Shown here: positions 56,892-64,000 of the stretch, piece after piece
How the letters are laid out: each line of letters begins with the position of its first letter
Numbering within the stretch: the first letter of the stretch is position 1
Source: Vicinamibacteria bacterium
GTDB lineage: Bacteria > Acidobacteriota > Vicinamibacteria > Marinacidobacterales > Marinacidobacteraceae
Length of the DNA: 64,000 nt
Reading direction: 5' to 3'
Assembly (NCBI GenBank): GCA_963668695.2
Contig: CAXXLQ010000004.1
Span: 2,176,001-2,240,000 of the forward strand
Notes under the pieces: generated by a model
What the model was told of the DNA's origin: nothing
The model's input: only the letters and a program-made list of their open reading frames with translations
Database searches by the model: none
Program-made: the position numbers and the translations under genes

Positions 56892-58298
56892 ATGTCCGAA
56901 CTTGACTCCCGCATTCCGAACAACGTGGCTCTGTCCCACGACCCGCGCCTGCAGCGGGCGCTATTGCGGTGGCAACCCGCCTTCCTTAACTGGTGGAAGG
57001 AGATGGGGCCGGAGGGCTTTCAGGGAGACGACGTGTTGCTGCGGACCGCGGTTTCGGTGGAACCGTCGGGCTGGTCGCACTTCGACTACGTGCGGATGCC
57101 GGACTACCGCTGGGGCATCTTCCTCGCCCCGCCGGAGGAGGATCGCCGGATCGGGTTCGGCGACCTCGCCGGCCGGCCCGTGTGGCAGGAGGTTCCCGGC
57201 GAGTTCCGGACCGACCTCCGCCGCTTGATCGTCACTCAGGGAGACACCGAGCCGGCGAGCGTCGAGCAGCAGCGCCAACTGGGGAAGACCGCCCCGAGCC
57301 TCTACGACCTCCGGAACCTTTTCCAGGTGAACGTGGAGGAAGGGCGACACCTGTGGGCGATGGTGTACCTGCTGCACTCGTACTTCGGCCGCGACGGCCG
57401 GGAGGAGGCGGACGCCCTGCTGGAACGGTCGAGCGGCGACGCCGACCGGCCGCGGATCCTGCAGGCGTTCAACGAACCGTGCGACGACTGGCTGAACTTC
57501 TATCTGTTCACCATGTTCACCGACCGGGACGGCAAGTACCAGCTCCTCGCGCTCGCCGAGAGCGCCTTCGATCCCCTGTCGCGCACCACCCGCTTCATGC
57601 TCACCGAAGAGGCGTTCCACATGTCGGTGGGGGAGACCGGAGTGGGACGCATCGTGGAGCGCACCGCCGAGGTGATGGCGGCCGGCCACGACGATCCCCA
57701 AGAAGCCGGGGTCTTCGATCTGCCCCTCATCCAGCGCCACATCAACTTCTGGTTCAGCGCTTCGCTCGATCTCTTCGGCGGGGAGGTTTCCTCGAACGCC
57801 GCCCACTACTTCGCGAACGGCCTGAAGGGACGGGCGCGGGAGTCCAGCCGAAAGGACCACACCGCGCTCGACGGGGTGTATCGGATGTCCCTGCTCGAGG
57901 ACGGGGAGCTTCGCGAGCGCGAGGTCCCGCTCCGAAACGCCATGAACGAGGTGCTCCGCGACGACTACGTTCGGGACTGCGAACGCGGTTTGGCGCGCTG
58001 GAACAAGATCCTGGAGAAGGCGGGGCTCGGGGAGCGGCTGAGCCTGCCGAGCCGCCGGTTCCACCGGCAGATCGGCGCCTACTCCGGCCACCGATTCGAC
58101 CCCGCCGGCGACCTGATCGACGAGGAGGTCTGGCAGCGGGAATGCGACCGCTGGCTGCCGACCGCGGACGACCGGGAGTACGTGAAGCGGCTCATGGTTC
58201 CGGTGTACGAGCCGGGGAAGATGGCGTACTGGATCGCTCCGCCGAGGAGCGGGGTGGACGGCAAGCCGATCGGCTACGAATACGTCCGGCGTTCCTGA
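56892..58298 (+). CDS. boxB: Benzoyl-CoA 2,3-epoxidase, di-iron subunit
   Basis: RIPNNV, WWKEMGP, QGDTEPASVEQQR, VEEGRH, DRDGKYQL and TEEAFHM motifs. Confidence 0.96.
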   Translation: MSELDSRIPNNVALSHDPRLQRALLRWQPAFLNWWKEMGPEGFQGDDVLLRTAVSVEPSGWSHFDYVRMPDYRWGIFLAPPEEDRRIGFGDLAGRPVWQEVPGEFRTDLRRLIVTQGDTEPASVEQQRQLGKTAPSLYDLRNLFQVNVEEGRHLWAMVYLLHSYFGRDGREEADALLERSSGDADRPRILQAFNEPCDDWLNFYLFTMFTDRDGKYQLLALAESAFDPLSRTTRFMLTEEAFHMSVGETGVGRIVERTAEVMAAGHDDPQEAGVFDLPLIQRHINFWFSASLDLFGGEVSSNAAHYFANGLKGRARESSRKDHTALDGVYRMSLLEDGELREREVPLRNAMNEVLRDDYVRDCERGLARWNKILEKAGLGERLSLPSRRFHRQIGAYSGHRFDPAGDLIDEEVWQRECDRWLPTADDREYVKRLMVPVYEPGKMAYWIAPPRSGVDGKPIGYEYVRRS

Positions 58299-58305
58299 AC
58301 GCCGT

Positions 58306-59484
58306 ATGCCAATGGAGATCGTCCTCGCCGGAGCCCGGCGCACCCCGATCGGCCGGTTCGGAGGCTCCCTCGCTTCGCTGAGCGCGCCGGAGCTGGGAGC
58401 GGCCGCGGCCCGCAGCGCTCTCGAAGCCGCCGGCGTCCCCGCCGAGGCGGTGGACGAGGTCATCTTCGGCAACGCCCGGCAGGCCGGGGTCGGTCCGAAT
58501 CCCGCCCGTCAGGTCGGGCGGCGGGCCGGTCTCGCGGACCGGGTGCCGGCCCGGACCGTGAACCAGGCGTGCGCCTCGGGACTCCGGGCGATTCTGGACG
58601 CCGCCGCTTCCGTTCGGCTGGGAGACGCCGGGGTGGTCCTCGCCGGGGGCACCGAGAGCATGAGCAACACCCCTTTCCTGCTTCCGTCGGTCCGCTGGGG
58701 GCAACGGTTCGGCGACGGCTCGCTCGACGACGGGATGTACCGCGACGGTTTTCATTGCCCGCTCGCGGATCAGCTCATGGGCGAGACCGCGGAAACGCTG
58801 GCCGACCAGTACGGCCTCTCCCGCGACGAATGCGACCGCTATGCGGCGGCCAGCCAGAACCGCGCCGAGGCGGCGCGCTCGACGGGGCGCTTCGACGCCG
58901 AGATCGCTCCGGTTCGGATCGAGACCCGCCGGGGTGAGGGAGAGGTCGGCAGCGACGAGCACCCCCGCGACGGCGTGACGCCGGAGTCACTGGCGAAACT
59001 CCGGCCCGTGTTCCGGAAGGACGGGGTGGTCCACGCCGGGAACTCCTCGGGCATTACCGACGGCGCCGCGGCGGTGGTCGTGCTTTCCGCGGACCGGGCG
59101 GCCGAGCTTGGGGTTCGGCCGATGGCGCGCCTGGTGGGGTACGCGACCGCGGGCGTGGACCCCCGGGTGATGGGCATCGGACCGGTTCCGGCGGTACGCG
59201 ACCTCCTGGCCCGCACCGGGGAGAGTCTGGACAACGTGGCGCTCGTGGAGTTGAACGAGGCGTTCGCTCCCCAGGTCCTCGCTTGCGCCCGGGATCTGGA
59301 CCTCGATCCCGAGCGGCTGAACGTGAACGGCGGCGCCATCGCCCTCGGCCATCCCATCGGCGCCACCGGGGCGCGGATCGTCGTCACGCTGCTGCACGAG
59401 ATGGAGCGGCGCGATGTGCGGTACGGCATTGCCACGCTATGCGTCAGCGGCGGCATGGGTGTGGCGGCGCTGCTGGAGCGTTGA
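58306..59484 (+). CDS. Thiolase (acetyl-CoA C-acyltransferase), probably the 3-oxoadipyl-CoA step
   Basis: RTPIG, NQACASG, NEAFA, NGGAIALGHPIGATG and LCVSGGMG motifs. Confidence 0.93.
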   Translation: MPMEIVLAGARRTPIGRFGGSLASLSAPELGAAAARSALEAAGVPAEAVDEVIFGNARQAGVGPNPARQVGRRAGLADRVPARTVNQACASGLRAILDAAASVRLGDAGVVLAGGTESMSNTPFLLPSVRWGQRFGDGSLDDGMYRDGFHCPLADQLMGETAETLADQYGLSRDECDRYAAASQNRAEAARSTGRFDAEIAPVRIETRRGEGEVGSDEHPRDGVTPESLAKLRPVFRKDGVVHAGNSSGITDGAAAVVVLSADRAAELGVRPMARLVGYATAGVDPRVMGIGPVPAVRDLLARTGESLDNVALVELNEAFAPQVLACARDLDLDPERLNVNGGAIALGHPIGATGARIVVTLLHEMERRDVRYGIATLCVSGGMGVAALLER

Positions 59485-60205
59485 GCGGTTCGGAAGGGGG
59501 GCTCTCCAGCATGGTGACAATGGAAGGTGAGCCGGGGAACCGGTGAGCCCCCCTTCCGAACCGCCCGGCGCTTCGCGCCGCGCCGACCCATCGAGCGGTC
59601 CGGAAGCGGGAGCACATCTCTGACCCCGTTCGGGTTGTCGAGCGAGAGCGAGTTGAGCCCCCGCTCCCGAACCGCCCGGCGCTTCGCACCGCGTTTCCGA
59701 AGTGCGGCGAGAGCCGCACGGAGACCCCGGAGCTGGAGGGCTGGGGTCGGGGGACCCGACTCCCAGCCCCTCCTGGCTCGGGAATCGAAACTCCCTTGCG
59801 CGCCTGCGGCGCGCGACGGCGAGTTCCGATTCGTCGTTACCGATTATGAAAGGGGGGAATCCCCCCTTTCACACTTTCCCCCGAATACGCGGGCAGCGAA
59901 CAGAGTTCGCTGCCATGAGTTTTTGCTCGCTTGGTGGTGCGTCTACACGGGAACGCCGGTGTTCACACCGGCACCGGGAGAACTGGCCAGCATCGCGGCC
60001 GAAGGCCGCGAGACTCCCGCCGCCACGCTCGCCGATTAACCCGGCCGATGCGGGGACGGCGAAACGCCGTGCGGACGCGTGGGTGGCGTTGGGCCATCCT
60101 CGTTGCCTGCTGCGCCATGCGGGGATTGGCGACGGGAGTTTCGCTCCCCTGCGGGGAGTGATGCTGGCCAGTTCTCCCGGTGGGGGCCTGAAGACCGGCG
60201 CTCCT
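59483..60205 (+). repeat. Family B composite repeat (two loop units plus F, C, D, E, G, H)
   Basis: The thiolase TGA overlaps GAGCGGTTCGGAAGGGGGG; second unit at ~59592. Confidence 0.85.
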
Positions 60206-60210
60206 GGGCC

Positions 60211-61269
60211 TTATCTCCTGAAGTAGTCCACCTGCCACTGGCGGACCGCGCGGTTGTGCTCCCGGAGGGAGCGGCTGAACACGTGGGTTCCGTCGTTTCT
60301 GGAGACGAAATAGAGAAAGTCGGTTTCGGCGGGTTCCAGCACCGCGTCGAGCGCCGCTATCCCGAACGAAGCGATGGGTCCGGGGGGGATTCCGCTGACC
60401 CGGTAGGTGTTGTACGGCGAATCGATGTCCAGATCGCGCCTCCTGATGTTGTTCCCGGTATCACCCGCCCGCCGCATCGCGAAGAGCACGGTGGGGTCGG
60501 ACTGAAGAGGCATCCCGCGCTCGAGCCGGTTCCAGAAGACCGAGGCGATCGTGACGTGCTCGCCGGCGCTTCCGGTCTCCTTTTCGACGATGGAGGCCAG
60601 GGTGGCGATTTCGCGCAGGGAGCGGCCGCGCTCCTCTGCCCGGCGGCGCCGCCGGGCCGTCCAGAGCGCCCGGAACTGGCCGACCAGTACCGCGGCGACC
60701 TGTTCCGGATCGGCCTCCGGGGGTAGCCGGTAGGTGCTGGGAAAGAGGTATCCCTCGAGGTCTTCCGCTTCGGGGTCGAGGTCACCGATGAGATGTCGGG
60801 CGGCCTCCGGGTCCGAAAAGACGGCCAGGAGCGCGTCCGGATCCCCGGCTCCCCGCTCGGCGAGCAGGGTCGCGGTGGTTTGCTTGTCGAGACCCTCGGG
60901 GACCGTGACCGGCAGGGTCGCGACCTCTCCCTCCACGATCCGGCCGATCACTTCGGCGGGTGAAAGAGGACCCTCGAAGCGATAAAGACCCGCCTGCAGG
61001 CGACTGCCCAGTTCCGCCCTCGTGACTCCCCAGAGGAAGAGCTCTCGGTCGGCGACGATCCCCGAGGCCTCCAGGCGGTTTGCGATGGACTCCGCGGTTG
61101 AGCCCCGCCCCACCCGGAAGAGCACCGCGCCCCGGTGCGCGGCATAGGGGCGGTGAAGCGCCTCTTCCAGCGGTCCCAGGTGGAAACTCTGGTACGCCAA
61201 CAGTCCGGCGGCCGCGACTCCGCCGCTTGCCGTCAAGACGAGCGCGAACCGCCAAACGCGGCGGGACAT
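60211..61269 (-). CDS. mltG: Endolytic transglycosylase MltG
   Basis: N-terminal TM helix, VTVPEG, LEGYLFPSTY, LASIVEKE, LQSDPT, SPYNTY, PPGPI and LYFV motifs. Confidence 0.95.
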   Translation of the reverse strand: MSRRVWRFALVLTASGGVAAAGLLAYQSFHLGPLEEALHRPYAAHRGAVLFRVGRGSTAESIANRLEASGIVADRELFLWGVTRAELGSRLQAGLYRFEGPLSPAEVIGRIVEGEVATLPVTVPEGLDKQTTATLLAERGAGDPDALLAVFSDPEAARHLIGDLDPEAEDLEGYLFPSTYRLPPEADPEQVAAVLVGQFRALWTARRRRRAEERGRSLREIATLASIVEKETGSAGEHVTIASVFWNRLERGMPLQSDPTVLFAMRRAGDTGNNIRRRDLDIDSPYNTYRVSGIPPGPIASFGIAALDAVLEPAETDFLYFVSRNDGTHVFSRSLREHNRAVRQWQVDYFRR

Positions 61270-61310
61270 TGATCTTCCCCCGGGGTCTTCCCCCGGGCCG
61301 CTCCGGCGTC

Positions 61311-62621
61311 TCAGCGAGAGCCTTGCTCCCCCGCCCGGCGCCGCTCGAGAGCCCGGATCGCCAAGTCCAGCTCCGGGTCGTCCTTGTCAAGATCCCCGGG
61401 TTCGACATCGAGATCCGCGGGACCCAGGCTGGGTGTCACCCCGACCCCCAGGATGTCCTCTCCATCCGTCCCCCTGATGTGGGCGGTGGAAAGGAGGATC
61501 GCGTCACCCTCCGGGAGTTCGATGAGTTCGGGGCGCCCCGTCCGGCCCGCGGTGCGTCCACCGACCACATCCGCCTCGTCCCGGGACTTGAGGGCTGCGG
61601 CGAGCACTTCGCCAGGGCACACCGTGCTCCGGTTCACGAGCACGGCGAGCGGCCCTTCGAACCCGGGCTCGCCAGCCGGTGTTTCAAGAGCAACCGACGA
61701 CTCTTCACCCTCGGCCGAACGCTCGACGAGTCGGGCCACGGTGCCCTGCATGAATACGCCGGCGGCTTCGACCCCGGCTTCGCAAACGCCGACACTTCCG
61801 CGGCTTCCGCGAAGGTCGAGCGCCAGGCTTTCCGCCCCGCTGTCCTTGAGCGACTGAACGGCGGCTGCCAGTTGAGCCGGCGTCTCTTCGTGAAAACGTC
61901 GGATCTGGAGCAGCCCGACGCCTGCATCCAGCATTCGGTGTTCCACCGGAGGGTCGGGGAGCACGGCCCGCGCGAGGGTGACGACCCGCGACTCCGAGTC
62001 CGTGGCGTCCCGAAGCGTCAGTTCCACGGGGGTGTCCGGCTCTCCGGAGAGAAGCAACAGCGCGACCGGAATCCGGAGTTCTCGAGTGTTCTGGCCGTCA
62101 ATCGCCGTGATCGCGACGCCGCGCTCGATCCCCGCTCCCGCCGCCGGCGACCCGGGCAGCACATCGTCCACGTGCAGGTAATACCGCTTCTGAAGGCCGA
62201 CCCCCACGCTGGCGCTGGCCGACGCGCGATTGCGGTAGCGGGCGAGGTCGGCGATGCTGAGGTAGGCGCTGTCCGGATCAAGGGCTTCGAAAATCCCCCG
62301 GACCGCCCCGTCCATCAGGAACGCCGGATCCACCGGCTCCAGGTATTGGTCGCGGATGAGCATCAAAGCGCCGCTGAACACCTCGATCGCTTCGTACACC
62401 GACTCCTGGACGAGAGCCCCCGCTTCCGCACCTCCTCCGCCCGCCGGCCCGGCCGCGGCCACCAGGGGTGCGGCGCGACCCGCACTCTCAGGGGCAAGGC
62501 GACCCAGGACGACCACCGCCGCAGCCGCGATCAGGATGGCGGCGAAGGCTTTCCGGCGCGATCCGGGCCGCCCGCCCGAAGCCGGCGGGCGGGCGGAGGA
62601 CCCCGGGCTAATGGAGATCAG
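61311..62621 (-). CDS. S41/CtpA-like PDZ protein with altered catalytic residues; CTG start proposed (first canonical start is 62516)
   Basis: LDPDSAYL, PDZ PGSPAAGAGI, LDLRG, LVNRST and GVTP motifs. The in-frame signal-anchor RRKAFAAILIAAA lies upstream of 62516. Confidence 0.8.
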   Translation of the reverse strand: MISISPGSSARPPASGGRPGSRRKAFAAILIAAAAVVVLGRLAPESAGRAAPLVAAAGPAGGGGAEAGALVQESVYEAIEVFSGALMLIRDQYLEPVDPAFLMDGAVRGIFEALDPDSAYLSIADLARYRNRASASASVGVGLQKRYYLHVDDVLPGSPAAGAGIERGVAITAIDGQNTRELRIPVALLLLSGEPDTPVELTLRDATDSESRVVTLARAVLPDPPVEHRMLDAGVGLLQIRRFHEETPAQLAAAVQSLKDSGAESLALDLRGSRGSVGVCEAGVEAAGVFMQGTVARLVERSAEGEESSVALETPAGEPGFEGPLAVLVNRSTVCPGEVLAAALKSRDEADVVGGRTAGRTGRPELIELPEGDAILLSTAHIRGTDGEDILGVGVTPSLGPADLDVEPGDLDKDDPELDLAIRALERRRAGEQGSR

Positions 62622-64000
62622 GATCCGGACACCTCGAACTCAACCATTTCCGTGATCGACCCTCCGCCCACCGTGTCCCTCACGGTGATCTCGGCGGTGT
62701 ATGCGCCCGCTTCGAAATCCTCACGGCGGCCGTCAGCGAAAAGCCGGGAAAGGGGAACATCCACGATGGCGATCGCCAGTTCCGCGGAGGCCAGGTTGAA
62801 CGCCGTCGGGTTGTAGCGCAGGTACTGCTTGCCGTCCTTCTTGAAGGTGATCTGCCAGGTCAGGTTGGGCTGGCCGCTCGCGTCGTATCCGTAGGCGTTG
62901 AAGACCAGGCGCAGGTTGCCGCCCGGCGAGTACACGGGAGAAATCTGCGGAGTGAAGTGGAATCCTCCGACCAGGAGCGCTCTGCCGGGCTCCGGCGTGA
63001 AGTCTTCCACGCGCGAGCCGTCCGAAAACCGCGCCACCGACGACAGCATGAAATCACCGCTGCCGAAGTCGGGGCTTTCGATTTCCCGGGTGATTGTCCC
63101 GTGGATCTGGGTGGCCGGGTCGAGGAACCCGACATAGACCGAATAGGCGCCGGGCGCCATCTGCATCGGCATCTCCGCAATCGTCGGACCGCCCGCCGGT
63201 CCCTTCGTAACCTCGACGCTGCGCTCGTCGTAACCGATCACCGTCCCGAGGGCGTCCACGACGTTGTAGAACACCTGGAGCGAGGCCTTGTCGCCGTTCC
63301 AGGAGATGGAGTCCGCATCCAGTTCGAAGATCGCGGCCACGTAGGTGTCTCCGGCGTTCGAGCGGAAGAACGAGAAGTTGGCGTCGATTCCGATGTCGGT
63401 GCTCGGCTCGCCGCCAGCCCGGAGCGCATTCAGGATCGTCTTGCCCGGGCTGTTCGGGTCCAGGAGCGCCCTCGTTTCGGCGCCGAAGAGATCCTCGACG
63501 TCGGGGAGCTTGCCCTCCGCGTTCAGGGTGAAGTTGATCTGGCTCGGCCAAATGATCTGCCGCGCCCGCGCCCGCTCGATCGCGGCCTCGATCTCGTCGT
63601 TGCGGATCAAACGCATCCCGAGGTTCGTGGTTCGAAATTCGAGTTCCATGCCGGCGGGAAGACCGCGCTCGGGGTTCGGGACGTAGCTGAACTTCATTCC
63701 GGTGCCTGGACCACCGCCCATGCCGCCACCGGGGCCGCCGCCACCGCCGGCGCCCACGCCTCCGCCACTCTCCCCGAGCGGGTTCTCGCCGGTCGCGCCC
63801 GCGGGCGGCCGTGCGCCACCCGGTCCGGCGCTCCGTCCTCCGGTCCGCTCCCGGTTGTCCGGTGGGCCGAAGAGCAGCATCACGAGCGCCATGTCGGTCC
63901 GGGAGCCCTTCTGGCCGCGCTGTCCGAACTGGTCGTCGGCCTGCTCGCGCCAGTTCTTGAACTGGTCTTCGGCCCGGTCCGGGTCATGCGGGTTCTGGCT
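62618..64000 (-). CDS. GWxTD-domain protein, 5'-truncated by the window edge
   Basis: Frame is open to the window end. ADDQF...GSRTDMALVMLLFGPPD is a GWxTD-type motif, followed by Ig-like beta domains (PGAYSVYV, LSSV, AGAYTAEITVRD). Confidence 0.8.
   Translation of the reverse strand, partial: SQNPHDPDRAEDQFKNWREQADDQFGQRGQKGSRTDMALVMLLFGPPDNRERTGGRSAGPGGARPPAGATGENPLGESGGGVGAGGGGGPGGGMGGGPGTGMKFSYVPNPERGLPAGMELEFRTTNLGMRLIRNDEIEAAIERARARQIIWPSQINFTLNAEGKLPDVEDLFGAETRALLDPNSPGKTILNALRAGGEPSTDIGIDANFSFFRSNAGDTYVAAIFELDADSISWNGDKASLQVFYNVVDALGTVIGYDERSVEVTKGPAGGPTIAEMPMQMAPGAYSVYVGFLDPATQIHGTITREIESPDFGSGDFMLSSVARFSDGSRVEDFTPEPGRALLVGGFHFTPQISPVYSPGGNLRLVFNAYGYDASGQPNLTWQITFKKDGKQYLRYNPTAFNLASAELAIAIVDVPLSRLFADGRREDFEAGAYTAEITVRDTVGGGSITEMVEFEVSGS

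Noticed and set aside
59470-59512. Loop segment CTCCAGCA is complementary to the adjacent flank TGCTGGAG (possible guide-target match)
   Set aside because: Only 8 bp. The other units I checked showed at most 5-6-bp matches to their flanks, which is expected by chance at this GC content.
1-64000. rRNA, tRNA, reverse transcriptase, integrase or intact transposase genes
   Set aside because: No such motifs were recognised by eye; tRNAscan, Infernal and HMM searches were not run.

Overview
High-GC bacterial chromosome segment. The GWxTD protein, VPS10/BNR hydrolase, carboxypeptidase-regulatory-domain TonB receptor and Ig/LRR lipoproteins suggest Acidobacteriota, possibly a sponge-type symbiont (inference only). 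About 40 plausible genes: thyA-folA-ridA, a fused sensor kinase/OmpR regulator, an M16 peptidase pair, ggt, an argR-C-D-F'-B operon, an ECF sigma/anti-sigma/PDZ module, nadE, a lipoate/2-oxoacid dehydrogenase cluster, boxC-boxB-thiolase and GWxTD-S41-mltG. No rRNA, tRNA, CRISPR array or intact transposase was seen. The most unusual content is intergenic: many spacers are filled by a hierarchical repeat system. (A) A ~185-240 bp TIR-bounded MITE that nests inside itself to give LnRn 'Matryoshka' arrays. (B) A co-varying ~20-bp stem enclosing a 44-49 nt loop that is near-constant in length but hypervariable in sequence; it usually starts at a stop codon and is followed by conserved hairpin modules. 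(H) A non-palindromic ~20-mer present about 40 times that is optionally inserted into A and B loci. Several enzymes lack canonical catalytic residues, and several gene remnants are present. All assignments were made by eye from motifs; no database searches were run.
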